Positions 1-9,613 of a stretch of DNA of 64,000 nucleotides are shown one piece after another. Numbering within the stretch: the first letter of the stretch is position 1; every line of letters begins with the position of its first letter. The notes under the pieces are model-generated. The model ran no database searches, was not told the DNA's origin, and saw only the letters and a list, made by a program, of their open reading frames with translations. Position numbers and translations under genes: made by a program. Source of the stretch: Candidatus Thermosaccharophagus gerlachensis (lineage in GTDB: Bacteria > Armatimonadota > Fervidibacteria > Fervidibacterales > Thermosaccharophagaceae); contig JBGOEV010000008.1 of the NCBI GenBank assembly GCA_041538025.1, positions 2,944-66,943 of the forward strand. Reading direction: 5' to 3'.

Positions 1-2321
1 TCGCTTGGGCGACTGTAGCCGGGCTCCTTAGGCAAATCCATGCCTATGTTGCCATAGAACTCAATCACCATGTCTCCACTAAACTTCATTTTCGTCCACA
101 CAACTGGCACTCTATCACCTAACCCACCATACCAAGACCAATCAAGCTCACATGGCCATCTCGGAACGATGTCCCAAGTGCCCCTCGTTTGATAGAACTC
201 AACTGGCGCTTTCCAGAAGGTCGTGTCAAATAAGTTTGAGGGATACAACTTGAACAGCGTAATATCAATTGGGCGCTCGCCAACTCTTATCGCAAGCTCG
301 TTCCCGTAAAGTTTGTTCTCAAGCAATGCCCCGATGACTGGTTCACCATCTATTAGCACAGCGATATACCCTGACGAGGCGCTTACGCGCACCAGCAACT
401 TTTCTTCTTCCTTTTGCCACTCAGTTTGTGCGAGCACCTTGTTACCCTCTTGTATCGTTAGGCGTATCCTGTTTGGGCGGTCAAGGCGAGAAAGCTTCAG
501 CAAAGCACCACTTGAGAAGTTGCGCTCGCTCGCACCAAAAGAGAAAGTGAGCTCACTGCAGTATTGAATGACACGTGGCCAGTCAAATTCAATCTCTACC
601 TCACCAAACCCTCCATCTTCACCATAGAAGCGCCCATAGCACCAGTATGTGAATGCGCCATCGGAGCGCGTGACATCCCACATGCCCCTACTCGTTGCCC
701 ATGGAATCATGTATTCCTCTTTGAGGAACTGGCGTGCAACTGGTGGCTCCTTGTATCTTCGTTCTCTGAACTGCACCAAAACATCGTCAAAGATTGCACT
801 GCCGTTACAGTATAGCGCTATGTAGCCCCTTCTAAGTGCTGTGTTGAACGCACGAACCACGAGTGCATCATCTATAAACCCTTCCAAGATACCACAAGGT
901 TTCACAACGACCTTAAGTTTGTGGGGAGCATTGCTCCACCGCTCAAACTTCCCTGTTGATAGCACATGCAAAGCCCCATTCTCAACGATTGAGAGTGTGA
1001 CAAGTGCCTCATTATTCCTTGGTGCACACCTGAACAAATAATGCTTCCCCACACCTTGACACAGAAAAGCAATTCCAGCAGCACCTTTAATGTTTGCGAC
1101 ATTGACCGAGACCTCGTAATCAGACCAGTTCTCCAATCCTGTTGCAAGGTATGCTGATTCACCTTGCCCACTCAAGACGCCACCTTTGATGCTCCATGCG
1201 CCACTCCAAACTTCCCAATCGCTCAACGAATGACCCATGAAGCTGTCATAAAAATGCTCCCATGTGCTTACTTCAATATCGTCAAAGTAAGCTTCATCAC
1301 AACCCTCAACATAGAGGGCGACTTTGCCCTGAGAGAAGTTAAGAGTCTGAGCATTCAACACTGGCACACCGTCAATTGAGCCTATAAGCGCTTCATCCGT
1401 TGCGCATAGGCTTATTGAATACCATATTCCGGGAACGAATCCGATTGGCTTTGACGCGAGCACGCTCACCTTATTATCAACGCACTGCAAAAGTTCACAC
1501 TTACCACCGCCAGCTGAGAGGGCGCTCGTCCAGCGCATCAGGATGTAATTTTTTTCGTCCTGATAGAAAGCACATAAGCCGACAGCGTTAGCCAGCGTTG
1601 GCTTCACAGCGACGCTCACTTTGTAATTGTCCCAGAACCAGTATCCGAAAACTGCTAACGATGGTTGCTTTGAGCTTGCCCTGAGCGCGAATGCGTTTGC
1701 CTTGTAATCTGGGTTGCCAGTTGGTTCGCCTAACCCTGTCAACCTCCATTCGCCTCCAACAAATTCAAACACCCCAACTTCCTGCGATGCCCTCGTGAAG
1801 TCATCTCCGTAGTAAATCTCTTCAATTGGTTGGAGACGCAACCGCTCAATTTGAAATGCACCATTTGGCACTGAGCTATAAGCTATGCGCCCAGAAACAT
1901 ATTCGCCATCAGATGCTCTCGCCACAACTTTATCGTCACAGATTACAACGATGCGCTTCTGACGACGCTTCACAGCGATTTTGACTTGTGGAGCAGTTGG
2001 ACGATACAGCTGTATAGGCATATCAATCCTCTTCTCACCACTTGGTGTGACCTTGAAGAGAGCCACACCAGCCCTGCTCAACTTGAGGTAATAGAACCTC
2101 TTCTCATCAATGTAGTTGAAGGCGATGTTGAACTGTGCATCTGTTTTCCAATCGTGGGTTGATTTAACTGTGCATGTAAGTGTGTATTCGGGCTCGCATT
2201 CAATGTCGGTTAGGGTGATGCCTTGTATTGCTGCCACCTCGTGCAGGAGAAGCAACACAAACACGATAAGCAATGCTCCAAAGTGACACATACCAGTGAT
2301 GGGAAAACAAGACGCACTCAT
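1..2321 (-). CDS. secreted multi-repeat concanavalin/LamG-like (DUF1080, 3-keto-disaccharide-hydrolase-like) protein; C-terminus runs off the left edge
   Basis: Absent from the supplied ORF track because it has no stop inside the window. My reverse-complement translation is open from ATG 2321 (MSASCFPITGMCHFGALLIVFVLLLLHEVAA, signal-peptide-like) down to position 1. I checked the frame at 1-120 and 1140-1200. Alternative upstream ATGs lie at 2375 and 2459. Repeated ~200-aa modules end in GRIAYSSVPNGAFQIERLRLQ, GKVALYVEGCDEAYFDDIEVS and RGYIALYCNGSAIFDDVLVQ. There is also a W-x-x-W-x-G-x-W-x-I-x-G-G-V-L type opening strand. Confidence 0.6.
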   Translation of the reverse strand, partial: MSASCFPITGMCHFGALLIVFVLLLLHEVAAIQGITLTDIECEPEYTLTCTVKSTHDWKTDAQFNIAFNYIDEKRFYYLKLSRAGVALFKVTPSGEKRIDMPIQLYRPTAPQVKIAVKRRQKRIVVICDDKVVARASDGEYVSGRIAYSSVPNGAFQIERLRLQPIEEIYYGDDFTRASQEVGVFEFVGGEWRLTGLGEPTGNPDYKANAFALRASSKQPSLAVFGYWFWDNYKVSVAVKPTLANAVGLCAFYQDEKNYILMRWTSALSAGGGKCELLQCVDNKVSVLASKPIGFVPGIWYSISLCATDEALIGSIDGVPVLNAQTLNFSQGKVALYVEGCDEAYFDDIEVSTWEHFYDSFMGHSLSDWEVWSGAWSIKGGVLSGQGESAYLATGLENWSDYEVSVNVANIKGAAGIAFLCQGVGKHYLFRCAPRNNEALVTLSIVENGALHVLSTGKFERWSNAPHKLKVVVKPCGILEGFIDDALVVRAFNTALRRGYIALYCNGSAIFDDVLVQFRERRYKEPPVARQFLKEEYMIPWATSRGMWDVTRSDGAFTYWCYGRFYGEDGGFGEVEIEFDWPRVIQYCSELTFSFGASERNFSSGALLKLSRLDRPNRIRLTIQEGNKVLAQTEWQKEEEKLLVRVSASSGYIAVLIDGEPVIGALLENKLYGNELAIRVGERPIDITLFKLYPSNLFDTTFWKAPVEFYQTRGTWDIVPRWPCELDWSWYGGLGDRVPVVWTKMKFSGDMVIEFYGNIGMDLPKEPGYSRPS

Positions 2322-2510
2322 CGCATTAGCTCCATTTGACACAAAAGAATAGAGAGAACGCCTTCCACCCAACATTGACACCCCCCGAAGGGTGAAAGCG
2401 TTGAAAGAGTGCACCTTGGTATCAAACCTATAGTGCTCCTTGCCTTTATCGTTAGACATCGTTTTTGCTCATCTCGTTTCCGAATATTCATCCTTAGCTG
2501 AACTTTGTTC

Positions 2511-2527
2511 GCATTACAATGTAATGC
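2511..2527. repeat. perfect 7-bp inverted repeat GCATTAC-AAT-GTAATGC upstream of glyQ (operator or small hairpin, function unknown)
   Basis: Read directly from the sequence, 54 nt upstream of the glyQ ATG. Confidence 0.3.
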
Positions 2528-2580
2528 AGTGGTGGTTCAATTCACCGAGTAGCTTCAGAAGAAGTTGAGGTGAGGAGCAA

Positions 2581-3465
2581 ATGACGTTTCAAGAGCTGTT
2601 GATGTCTCTGCAGCGCTTCTGGGCTGAGAAGGGTTGCCTTATCCTTCAACCTTTTGACATGGAAGTTGGTGCTGGGACAATGCACCCTGCGACTGCTCTT
2701 CGCTGTCTTGGTCCAGAACCTTGGAGGGCAGCTTATGTCCAGCCATCGCGTCGCCCAACGGATGGGAGATATGGTGAGAACCCAAACAGGTTGCAACACT
2801 ACTACCAATTCCAAGTTGTGATAAAGCCATCACCAGATGACATACAGGACATCTACTTAAGCAGCCTCCAGTATTTGGGAATTGACCCAGAGATGCATGA
2901 CATACGCTTCGTTGAGGACGATTGGGAATCACCAACACTTGGTGCTGCTGGGATAGGTTGGGAAGTTTGGCTCGACGGAATGGAAATAACCCAGTTCACA
3001 TACTTCCAACAGATGGGCGGTATTGAGCTTAACCCGATCACCGTTGAAATAACATATGGACCCGAAAGGATAGCGATGTTCCTTCAAGGTGTAAACAGCG
3101 TCTTTGAGCTTGAATGGGCTAACGGGATAACATATGGAGAACTCCATCACCGCTTTGAGGTTGAAGGCTCAAAATACAACTTTGAGCTTGCTGACACTGA
3201 CATGCTCTTCAAACTTTTTGAGATGTTTGAGCGTGAGAGTGAGAGGATAATTTCACATGGGCTCGTTCAGCCTGCGTTTGAGTATTGCCTCAAATGCTCA
3301 CACATCTTTAACCTGCTTGATGCTCGTGGTGTTTTGAGCGTCGTAGAGAGAACAAAATACATAGCCAGAGTCAGAAGGCTCGCAAAAGCGTGTTGCGAAG
3401 CCTACATTAAGCAACGCGAGGAAGCTGGCTTTCCACTGCTTGAGAAAACCACAAGCACAAAGTGA
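2581..3465 (+). CDS. glyQ: glycine--tRNA ligase alpha subunit
   Basis: The 294-aa ORF shows full-length GlyQ character ([49 protein letters not shown]). A GAGGTGAGGAG Shine-Dalgarno precedes the ATG. Confidence 0.95.
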   Translation: MTFQELLMSLQRFWAEKGCLILQPFDMEVGAGTMHPATALRCLGPEPWRAAYVQPSRRPTDGRYGENPNRLQHYYQFQVVIKPSPDDIQDIYLSSLQYLGIDPEMHDIRFVEDDWESPTLGAAGIGWEVWLDGMEITQFTYFQQMGGIELNPITVEITYGPERIAMFLQGVNSVFELEWANGITYGELHHRFEVEGSKYNFELADTDMLFKLFEMFERESERIISHGLVQPAFEYCLKCSHIFNLLDARGVLSVVERTKYIARVRRLAKACCEAYIKQREEAGFPLLEKTTSTK

Positions 3466-3577
3466 GCGCTTACATGCAATACGCACACTGCTATCAGTGT
3501 TGCTTAAGCAACCACTTAATGCTAAGCTTGTTTCAAAGGGGACGGGAAGCAAACATGTAATAAGGAAGTGGTGAGTG

Positions 3578-4876
3578 ATGGATAGCAAAGTGAAAAACAT
3601 CTCACGTCGCCAATTCATTAGTGGGCTTGGTGGTGCCATAGCTACACTTGCAGTGCCAACAATAGTGCCAGCACAGGTCCTCGGAAAACGCACAGGTAAT
3701 GTTGCACCAAGCGATGTTAGCCTTAGGGCTGTTATTGGCGTTGGAGGAATGGGGACAGGTCACCTTAGGGGCTTGCTTAAACGCAAGGATGTGCGTGTAG
3801 TTGCAGTTTGCGATGTGGACAAAAATCACCTCGCAAGAGCACTCAAGATAGCCGAGGAGGCAGGCGTGAAATGTGATGGCTATACAGACTACCGCTACAT
3901 CTTGGATAGAGCAGATGTTGATGTGGTCTACATAGCCACACCGCCACATTGGCATGCCTTGCAGTGCATACACGCAGCACAAGCTGGCAAAGACATCTAC
4001 TGCGAGAAACCTATGACAAGATTCATCTACGAAGGGCGTGTCGTAGCAGATACTGTTAAGAGACATGGCGTCATATTCCACATAGGCACATTTGGGAGGT
4101 ATGGAGCAAGGATATGGCGTAAGCTTATAATGAGTGGGCTTTTGGGCAAGCCACTCGTTATAACGATGAACCATCACAAATACAACTGGAAGGTGCGCCA
4201 ATGGAGTGGTAGAATTGACCTTCAACCACAGCCAGTTCCACCGCACCTTGATTGGGACATGTGGCTTGGTCCAGCACCATATAAGCCATATCATCCACAC
4301 CGCTGTCATGGTAGCTTCCGTGGTTACTGGGATTATGATGGTGGTGGCTTTACTGACATGGGTTCTCACTACTTTGATCCGATACTGTATATGCTCGGCT
4401 TTGACGAAAACTGTCCAGGTCCAGTTGAGGTTGAAGCTGAGGCTGAGTTCCCAGCTCACCCAGATGCTGTGCGCTTGTGGGGTAAGATAACTTACAAGTT
4501 CGCAGATGGCACGATAATAAGGTGCGTAAGCGGTGAGTGGGGAACACCAGACCCACCTGATGTTCCTTGGATTGAAGGTCCAAAAGGGAAAGTGTTCAAC
4601 GATGGACGAACAGACCCACCAGACTTGCTGAAACAGCTTGACAGCTATCCAGATCCAGAGCCACTCGTTGACTTTGAAACTGCATTGAAGACAAGAAAGC
4701 AACCCGGAGGGAATGCCGAAGTCTCGCATCGCGTCTCAACGATACTGCATATAGGGAACATCGCTATAAGGGTTGGAAGGAAAGTTGTCTGGGACCCTGT
4801 TAAAGAGCAATTCATTGGGGACGATGAGGCTAATAGGTTCGTCAACATACCTTACAGAGCTCCTTGGCATCTTTGA
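3578..4876 (+). CDS. Gfo/Idh/MocA family oxidoreductase with twin-arginine (TAT) signal
   Basis: Motifs: SRRQFISGLGGAIATLAVPTIVPAQV TAT signal, Rossmann loop GVGGMGTGH, and CEKPM family motif. The ORF-track start (GTG 3575) is one codon upstream. Confidence 0.85.
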   Translation: MDSKVKNISRRQFISGLGGAIATLAVPTIVPAQVLGKRTGNVAPSDVSLRAVIGVGGMGTGHLRGLLKRKDVRVVAVCDVDKNHLARALKIAEEAGVKCDGYTDYRYILDRADVDVVYIATPPHWHALQCIHAAQAGKDIYCEKPMTRFIYEGRVVADTVKRHGVIFHIGTFGRYGARIWRKLIMSGLLGKPLVITMNHHKYNWKVRQWSGRIDLQPQPVPPHLDWDMWLGPAPYKPYHPHRCHGSFRGYWDYDGGGFTDMGSHYFDPILYMLGFDENCPGPVEVEAEAEFPAHPDAVRLWGKITYKFADGTIIRCVSGEWGTPDPPDVPWIEGPKGKVFNDGRTDPPDLLKQLDSYPDPEPLVDFETALKTRKQPGGNAEVSHRVSTILHIGNIAIRVGRKVVWDPVKEQFIGDDEANRFVNIPYRAPWHL

Positions 4877-4906
4877 TGACATAACCAATCCAAGGAGGCG
4901 ATAAGG

Positions 4907-6994
4907 GTGAGGAGAGAGTGGGTAGCGCTTCTCTTTGTTTTTGTGTTGCCGTTGGCACAGCAATGCATGACGACAGCTGGTGAGCCGAAAGAACCACAGG
5001 TGAAGCAAGAAGTGATTGAAAGCATAATCAAGGACATCGTTTCGGAAGACCAGAAGGTTCGCATGAAAGCATTTGAGAGGCTACGAGAGCTTGGGATGGA
5101 TGGTGTTAAGCAACTTGTTGAGATGATGCCGAAGCTCGGAGAGGGAAAGGATGGTGGTGTTAGGTTTGCGGTGCACGGTCTTGCTATGACATTCACCGCG
5201 AAGGGGATGGAGAAGGAAAGGAAGGAGTTGAGCATGACGCTCTGCAACTTGCTCAAAACTGACCTCCCCAATTGGGTTAAGCGTTTCCTCATTGAGCAAC
5301 TGCAAATAGTTGGCGGTGACGAAGCGGTAGAAACGCTATCAACTTTTCTGTCCGATGAAGAGCTTGCCGAGAGTAGCAGGCAAGCGCTTTGTGCAAATCC
5401 ATCTGAAACTGCTTTGAGTGCATTACGAGATTGGCTCCCTAAAGCGAAGGGAAACATCCGCATCGGTATAATTAACGCCCTCGGTGAGAGAAGGGATGGA
5501 AAGGCAGTCAAGCTTTTGTTGAATGAAGCGCTGAGTAAAGATGCAGATGTGCGTTGCGCAGCGCTTCAGGCACTGGGTAAGATAGGAGATCCAATCGCAA
5601 TTGACGCCATCCTTTTGGGGTTAAAGGACGCCAACGGTAGGGTTGTGCGTAGCGCCTTTTCTGCATTGCTTATGCTTTACGAGCATTTGCTCGCCTCGGG
5701 GCGAAAGAAAGAGGCACTGAGAGCTGGCATAGAGGCACTTAAGTCTGCAAAAGATTCAAGGCAAAGAAGAGCGTTGCTTTTGCACATAACAAAGATAGCC
5801 GACATTGGGGCGATTGGTGCTATCGCAACTTGCCTGAACGACAAAGATCCATTTGTGCGTTCTTTAGCGATGGAATGCTTGAGCGGGATGGAAGGGGAAG
5901 AAGCAAGCGCTGAGCTCGCAAAGTTGATGGAAACAGCTGATGATGTGACTCGCTCAAGGCTTGTGCTTATTTTGGGGAAGCGCAAAGACAAGGTCGCAAT
6001 GAAAGTGTTGAACGAAGCATTGCAGGATAAAAGCGATGCGGTAAAAGTAGCGAGCATGCAAGCACTCGGGAAACTCGGGGAGGCTTCAGAAGAGTTGCTA
6101 CTCAAAGCAGCTACATCGGGAGTTGACGAGATCCATGAGACAGCGCTCAAGGCTTACATCGCACTTGCCAACAAGAAGCTTGAGAAAGGTGACAGAGAAG
6201 GCGCTGTAAAGATGTTTGTCATAGCAGCAAGGACTTCTCGCACCGTTGAACTTGTTAGGGAAGCGTTAAGTGGGCTCGCAAAAGCACCAAGTGAGGAAGC
6301 AATTAGAATCATTGAGGAGTTGCTTGAAGAACCACGGTTGAAGGAAGATGCTACTCGTGCTTATTTTGCAGTTGCTGTATCGCTTGCTGATGCTGGGAAG
6401 AGAGACGAAGCTTTGCAAATGCTTTTCAGGCTCGCTGCAATGAGCACTCCAAGAACACTATCAGAGGCTGTTTTTTCCAAGCTGCGCCAACTCAACCCTG
6501 AAGTTGATGTTTCATCTGCACGAGGCTTTGTAACATCGTGGTGGCTCATCGGTCCGTTCAAGGGCACGGATATTGATGCGGTATTGCCACCAGAGAAGGA
6601 AGTGAATTTGGAAGCGCCAGTCAAGTTTGACGGTGTTGAGCTTAGATGGTTTAAGCATCACACGAAAGATATTGATGGCTTCGTCAACCTTTATGAACTG
6701 CTTAAGCCGAATGAAAATGTGAGCGCCTTCATGTATGCCGAGATTGAGGTTGAGAAAGATATGGATGCACTTTTCAAGCTCGGGAGCGACGACAGCTTAA
6801 AATGTTGGTTAAATGGAAAGCTCGTTCACCGCTACGCAGGGACTCGAGCTGTTGACCAGGAAGTTGTAAAGGTGCGCTTGCAAGCTGGCTTGAACAGGAT
6901 ACTGCTGAAAGTGGTCAACTTCGGTGGTGGTTGGTGGGCCACACTGCGCATAACCGATATTGACGGGCGCCCAATTAAGTTCAAGCAGAAGTGA
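4907..6994 (+). CDS. secreted HEAT/PBS-lyase-repeat protein with C-terminal beta-sandwich-like module
   Basis: GTG start with AAGGAGG 8 nt upstream. Signal peptide MRREWVALLFVFVLPLAQQ. Many repeats of the type DADVRCAALQALGKIGDPIAIDAILLGL. The tail (WWLIGPFKG ... LKCWLNGKLV ... ILLKVVNFGGGWW) looks like a jelly-roll or carbohydrate-binding-like domain. Confidence 0.7.
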   Translation: MRREWVALLFVFVLPLAQQCMTTAGEPKEPQVKQEVIESIIKDIVSEDQKVRMKAFERLRELGMDGVKQLVEMMPKLGEGKDGGVRFAVHGLAMTFTAKGMEKERKELSMTLCNLLKTDLPNWVKRFLIEQLQIVGGDEAVETLSTFLSDEELAESSRQALCANPSETALSALRDWLPKAKGNIRIGIINALGERRDGKAVKLLLNEALSKDADVRCAALQALGKIGDPIAIDAILLGLKDANGRVVRSAFSALLMLYEHLLASGRKKEALRAGIEALKSAKDSRQRRALLLHITKIADIGAIGAIATCLNDKDPFVRSLAMECLSGMEGEEASAELAKLMETADDVTRSRLVLILGKRKDKVAMKVLNEALQDKSDAVKVASMQALGKLGEASEELLLKAATSGVDEIHETALKAYIALANKKLEKGDREGAVKMFVIAARTSRTVELVREALSGLAKAPSEEAIRIIEELLEEPRLKEDATRAYFAVAVSLADAGKRDEALQMLFRLAAMSTPRTLSEAVFSKLRQLNPEVDVSSARGFVTSWWLIGPFKGTDIDAVLPPEKEVNLEAPVKFDGVELRWFKHHTKDIDGFVNLYELLKPNENVSAFMYAEIEVEKDMDALFKLGSDDSLKCWLNGKLVHRYAGTRAVDQEVVKVRLQAGLNRILLKVVNFGGGWWATLRITDIDGRPIKFKQK

Positions 6995-7132
6995 GGAGCT
7001 CACTCACCTACACCTCACAAGGATGTTCTTTCATCGTTTTGCGGAGAACCTCTCCACGCAACCAAGGTGATATAGCTGTGTCAGCTAATTTGATAAGCGT
7101 TGAGGCACCTATCTTTCATCTGGAGTTGATTA

Positions 7133-8356
7133 GTGATGCGTAAGAGGGTAGTTGTGACAGGGATGGGAGCGATAACATGTCTTGGATACGGTGTTAAGGC
7201 TTTATGGGAGGGTCTAATTGAGGGGAGGAGTGGCATATCAAGAATAACTCGTTTTGACCCAACTGGGCTTAGGAACGAGCAAGCTGGCGAGGTCAAAGAG
7301 GAAGTGTTGCTTAGTGCGCCGTTGCCTGATGAGGACATTGATGAAGCAACGCTTTTTGCTTACCTTGCATGCCTTGAGGCTGTGAACGATGCAGGCTTGC
7401 TTGAACTAAGTGATGAAGAACGCTTAAAGGTCGGGCTTGTCTTCTCCACCAACTTCGGTGGAGCAAGCCGTTGGGAAGAGTTCGCTTCACAATGGCTTTC
7501 TGGTGAGCAAATTGATGCTGTTTTGTTTGAGCAGTTTGAGTTTGACTTCCCGACTCGCTATGTAGCTCACAAGTTCGGCTTCTTCGGACCCTCAATCACG
7601 CTCTCCAATTCATGCTCCTCTGGAACGAGTGCGATAGGCGTCGCTATAGACTTGATCAGGTCTGGCATATCCGATGTAGTGATAGCCGAGGGTCATGATA
7701 TGCTCTCCAAATTTGCGCTTGGCGGTTTGAGCATACTCGGCACGATAACACCAGAGATGATACGCCCATTTGATAAGAGGCGTAGCGGGACAATATTCGG
7801 TGAGGGTGCAGGCGCACTCGTGCTTGAATCTGAAGAACATGCGAGGCGAAGGGGAGCAAAGATCTACGCTGAAGCAATGGGATACGCACTTAACAGCAAT
7901 GCCTACCATTTAACTGCACCCGGGAAAGGTGGAGAAGGGATGATACGAGTCATCATGGGAGCACTTAAAGATGCCCAAGTTGCACCACAACAAGTTGACT
8001 ACATTAATGCACATGGCACCGGGACACAACTTCATGATCCTGAGGAAACATTCGCCATAAAATCTGTGCTTGGCAGTAGGGCATATGAAATACCCGTTAG
8101 CTCAATTAAAGCTGCAGTTGGACATGTAATGGCTGGTGCTGGAAGCGTTGAGGCAATAGCTACGATAAAGGCGATCAATGAAGGCATTGTCCCGCCAACG
8201 CTGAATTATGAAGAGCCAGATCCAGAATGTGACCTTGATTATGTGCCCAACAAAGCAAGGGAACATAAGGTCAACATCGCCATATCAATATCAGCAGGCA
8301 TAGGTGGAAACAATAGCGCTCTCGTCCTTGCTCGTTACAATGGTGGTGAAAAATGA
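7133..8356 (+). CDS. beta-ketoacyl-ACP synthase (KAS I/II, FabF-like) with intact Cys-His-His triad
   Basis: Motifs: VVVTGMGAITCLG, active-site SNSCSSGTSAIG, INAHGTGT, and KAAVGHVMAGAG. Confidence 0.85.
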   Translation: MMRKRVVVTGMGAITCLGYGVKALWEGLIEGRSGISRITRFDPTGLRNEQAGEVKEEVLLSAPLPDEDIDEATLFAYLACLEAVNDAGLLELSDEERLKVGLVFSTNFGGASRWEEFASQWLSGEQIDAVLFEQFEFDFPTRYVAHKFGFFGPSITLSNSCSSGTSAIGVAIDLIRSGISDVVIAEGHDMLSKFALGGLSILGTITPEMIRPFDKRRSGTIFGEGAGALVLESEEHARRRGAKIYAEAMGYALNSNAYHLTAPGKGGEGMIRVIMGALKDAQVAPQQVDYINAHGTGTQLHDPEETFAIKSVLGSRAYEIPVSSIKAAVGHVMAGAGSVEAIATIKAINEGIVPPTLNYEEPDPECDLDYVPNKAREHKVNIAISISAGIGGNNSALVLARYNGGEK

Positions 8357-8371
8357 AGGTGAGGTGGTTAG

Positions 8372-9580
8372 ATGCACAGGGTGGCAATAACGGGTGTTGG
8401 CATAGTGACAGCCATCGGTGTTGGAGTTGAGGAATTCTCTCATGCTCTAATGGCGTGCAAATGCGGTGCAGTGGAATTGCAAGAGGAGTTTGTAAAACCA
8501 TTGCGTAGCAAAACTGCATACCGTATCGCAACCCCAATGGAGCAACTGTTGCCAACACAAAAAGCATACATTGACAGATGCTCCGCACTTACACTCGCAA
8601 GTTGTTGGCTTGCCCTCAATGACGCACGGCTTGTGGTAACTGATGAGGTGGCACCAAATCTTGGAATATGCCACGGGACCGCATACGGATGCCAAGACAG
8701 CATGCTCATCTTCTGGGAACGCATAATGAAGCGAGGCTTCAGGTATGCAAGTTCAATAATGTTTACACACGCCTACATGAACACTCCCATCAGCCTTGCA
8801 GCAATCGAATTCAACCTTAAAGGTTATCATTGCTGTTACAGCGCTGGGATGGTATCTGGGATGCAAGCAGTAGTAGGTGGCACGATGGCATTACAACGCT
8901 CGTTATCAAAGCGCTTGCTCGCTGGTGGCTCAGAGGCTTTCTCCGCACTACCATTCATGGCTAACTACGATGGTGGCGAGCTTTCACCACGCGATGAAGG
9001 GATTGAACAAATGCGCCCTTTTGATAACTCAAGGAATGGCTGGGTTATGGGTGAGGGTGCATGCATGCTTTTGCTTGAAACCGAGGAGGCAGCTTTGGAG
9101 AGAGATGCCGATGTGCATGCATACATTTCTGGTGTGGGCATAGCTATGTCACGCAGTGTAAATGTTGATGACATGGCAGACGCTATCTATGAGAGCATGG
9201 CAAAGTCATTGAGTGCTGCTCACATTGAGCCAAGTGAGATCGGCTGGATTTGCGCTTCTGCCAACGGTTCACCAGTGATTGATGAGGCAGAGGCTTTAGC
9301 CATATTGAGGCTTTATGAAGGTCGTGAAAATGTCCCTGTAAGCTCAATCAAGGCTGCAGTCGGAGAAACAATTGGTGCCTCAGGTCCTATCAACATATGC
9401 GCAGCTATAGCTTCTTTCAAGACAAAATCAATCCCGCCAACGCTTTTCTCATCTGAACCATGCATGGATGTGCGAATTGTGACAGGAAAGCCAATGAGTT
9501 GGGATGCAGCGAAGCCTGTGCTCGTTAACTGCGTTGATAAAGACGGAATGGCAATAAGCGTCATCATAGCTCCACCATAG
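8372..9580 (+). CDS. KS-like protein lacking all three catalytic residues (KS-beta / chain-length-factor-like partner)
   Basis: The fold signatures match the upstream KS (VAITGVGIVTAIG, VSSIKAAVG). The aligned catalytic positions instead read AGMVSG (Cys->Met), CASANGSP (His->Ser) and AAVGETIG (His->Glu). The gap after the upstream KS is 15 nt. Confidence 0.75.
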   Translation: MHRVAITGVGIVTAIGVGVEEFSHALMACKCGAVELQEEFVKPLRSKTAYRIATPMEQLLPTQKAYIDRCSALTLASCWLALNDARLVVTDEVAPNLGICHGTAYGCQDSMLIFWERIMKRGFRYASSIMFTHAYMNTPISLAAIEFNLKGYHCCYSAGMVSGMQAVVGGTMALQRSLSKRLLAGGSEAFSALPFMANYDGGELSPRDEGIEQMRPFDNSRNGWVMGEGACMLLLETEEAALERDADVHAYISGVGIAMSRSVNVDDMADAIYESMAKSLSAAHIEPSEIGWICASANGSPVIDEAEALAILRLYEGRENVPVSSIKAAVGETIGASGPINICAAIASFKTKSIPPTLFSSEPCMDVRIVTGKPMSWDAAKPVLVNCVDKDGMAISVIIAPP

Positions 9581-9613
9581 AGCGACAACAAGTGGTGAGG
9601 AGAGCTTTCGGGA

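Noticed and set aside
2322-2580. T-box leader upstream of glyQ, and likewise upstream of thrS at 17180..17264
   Set aside because: The leaders are too short (about 260 nt with no specifier or T-box AGGGUGGNACCGCG-like sequence seen, and 85 nt respectively).
3602-4729. 375-aa minus-strand ORF, one of the longest in the track
   Set aside because: It is entirely antisense to the TAT-signal Gfo/Idh/MocA gene, which has clear family motifs. Its translation is Trp/Cys/His-rich and has no recognisable motif. This is a typical shadow ORF.
4852-6150. Minus-strand ORFs 4852..5511 (219 aa) and 5677..6150 (157 aa)
   Set aside because: They are antisense to the HEAT-repeat gene. Their Ser/Ala/Leu-rich low-complexity translations mirror the sense-strand codon bias.
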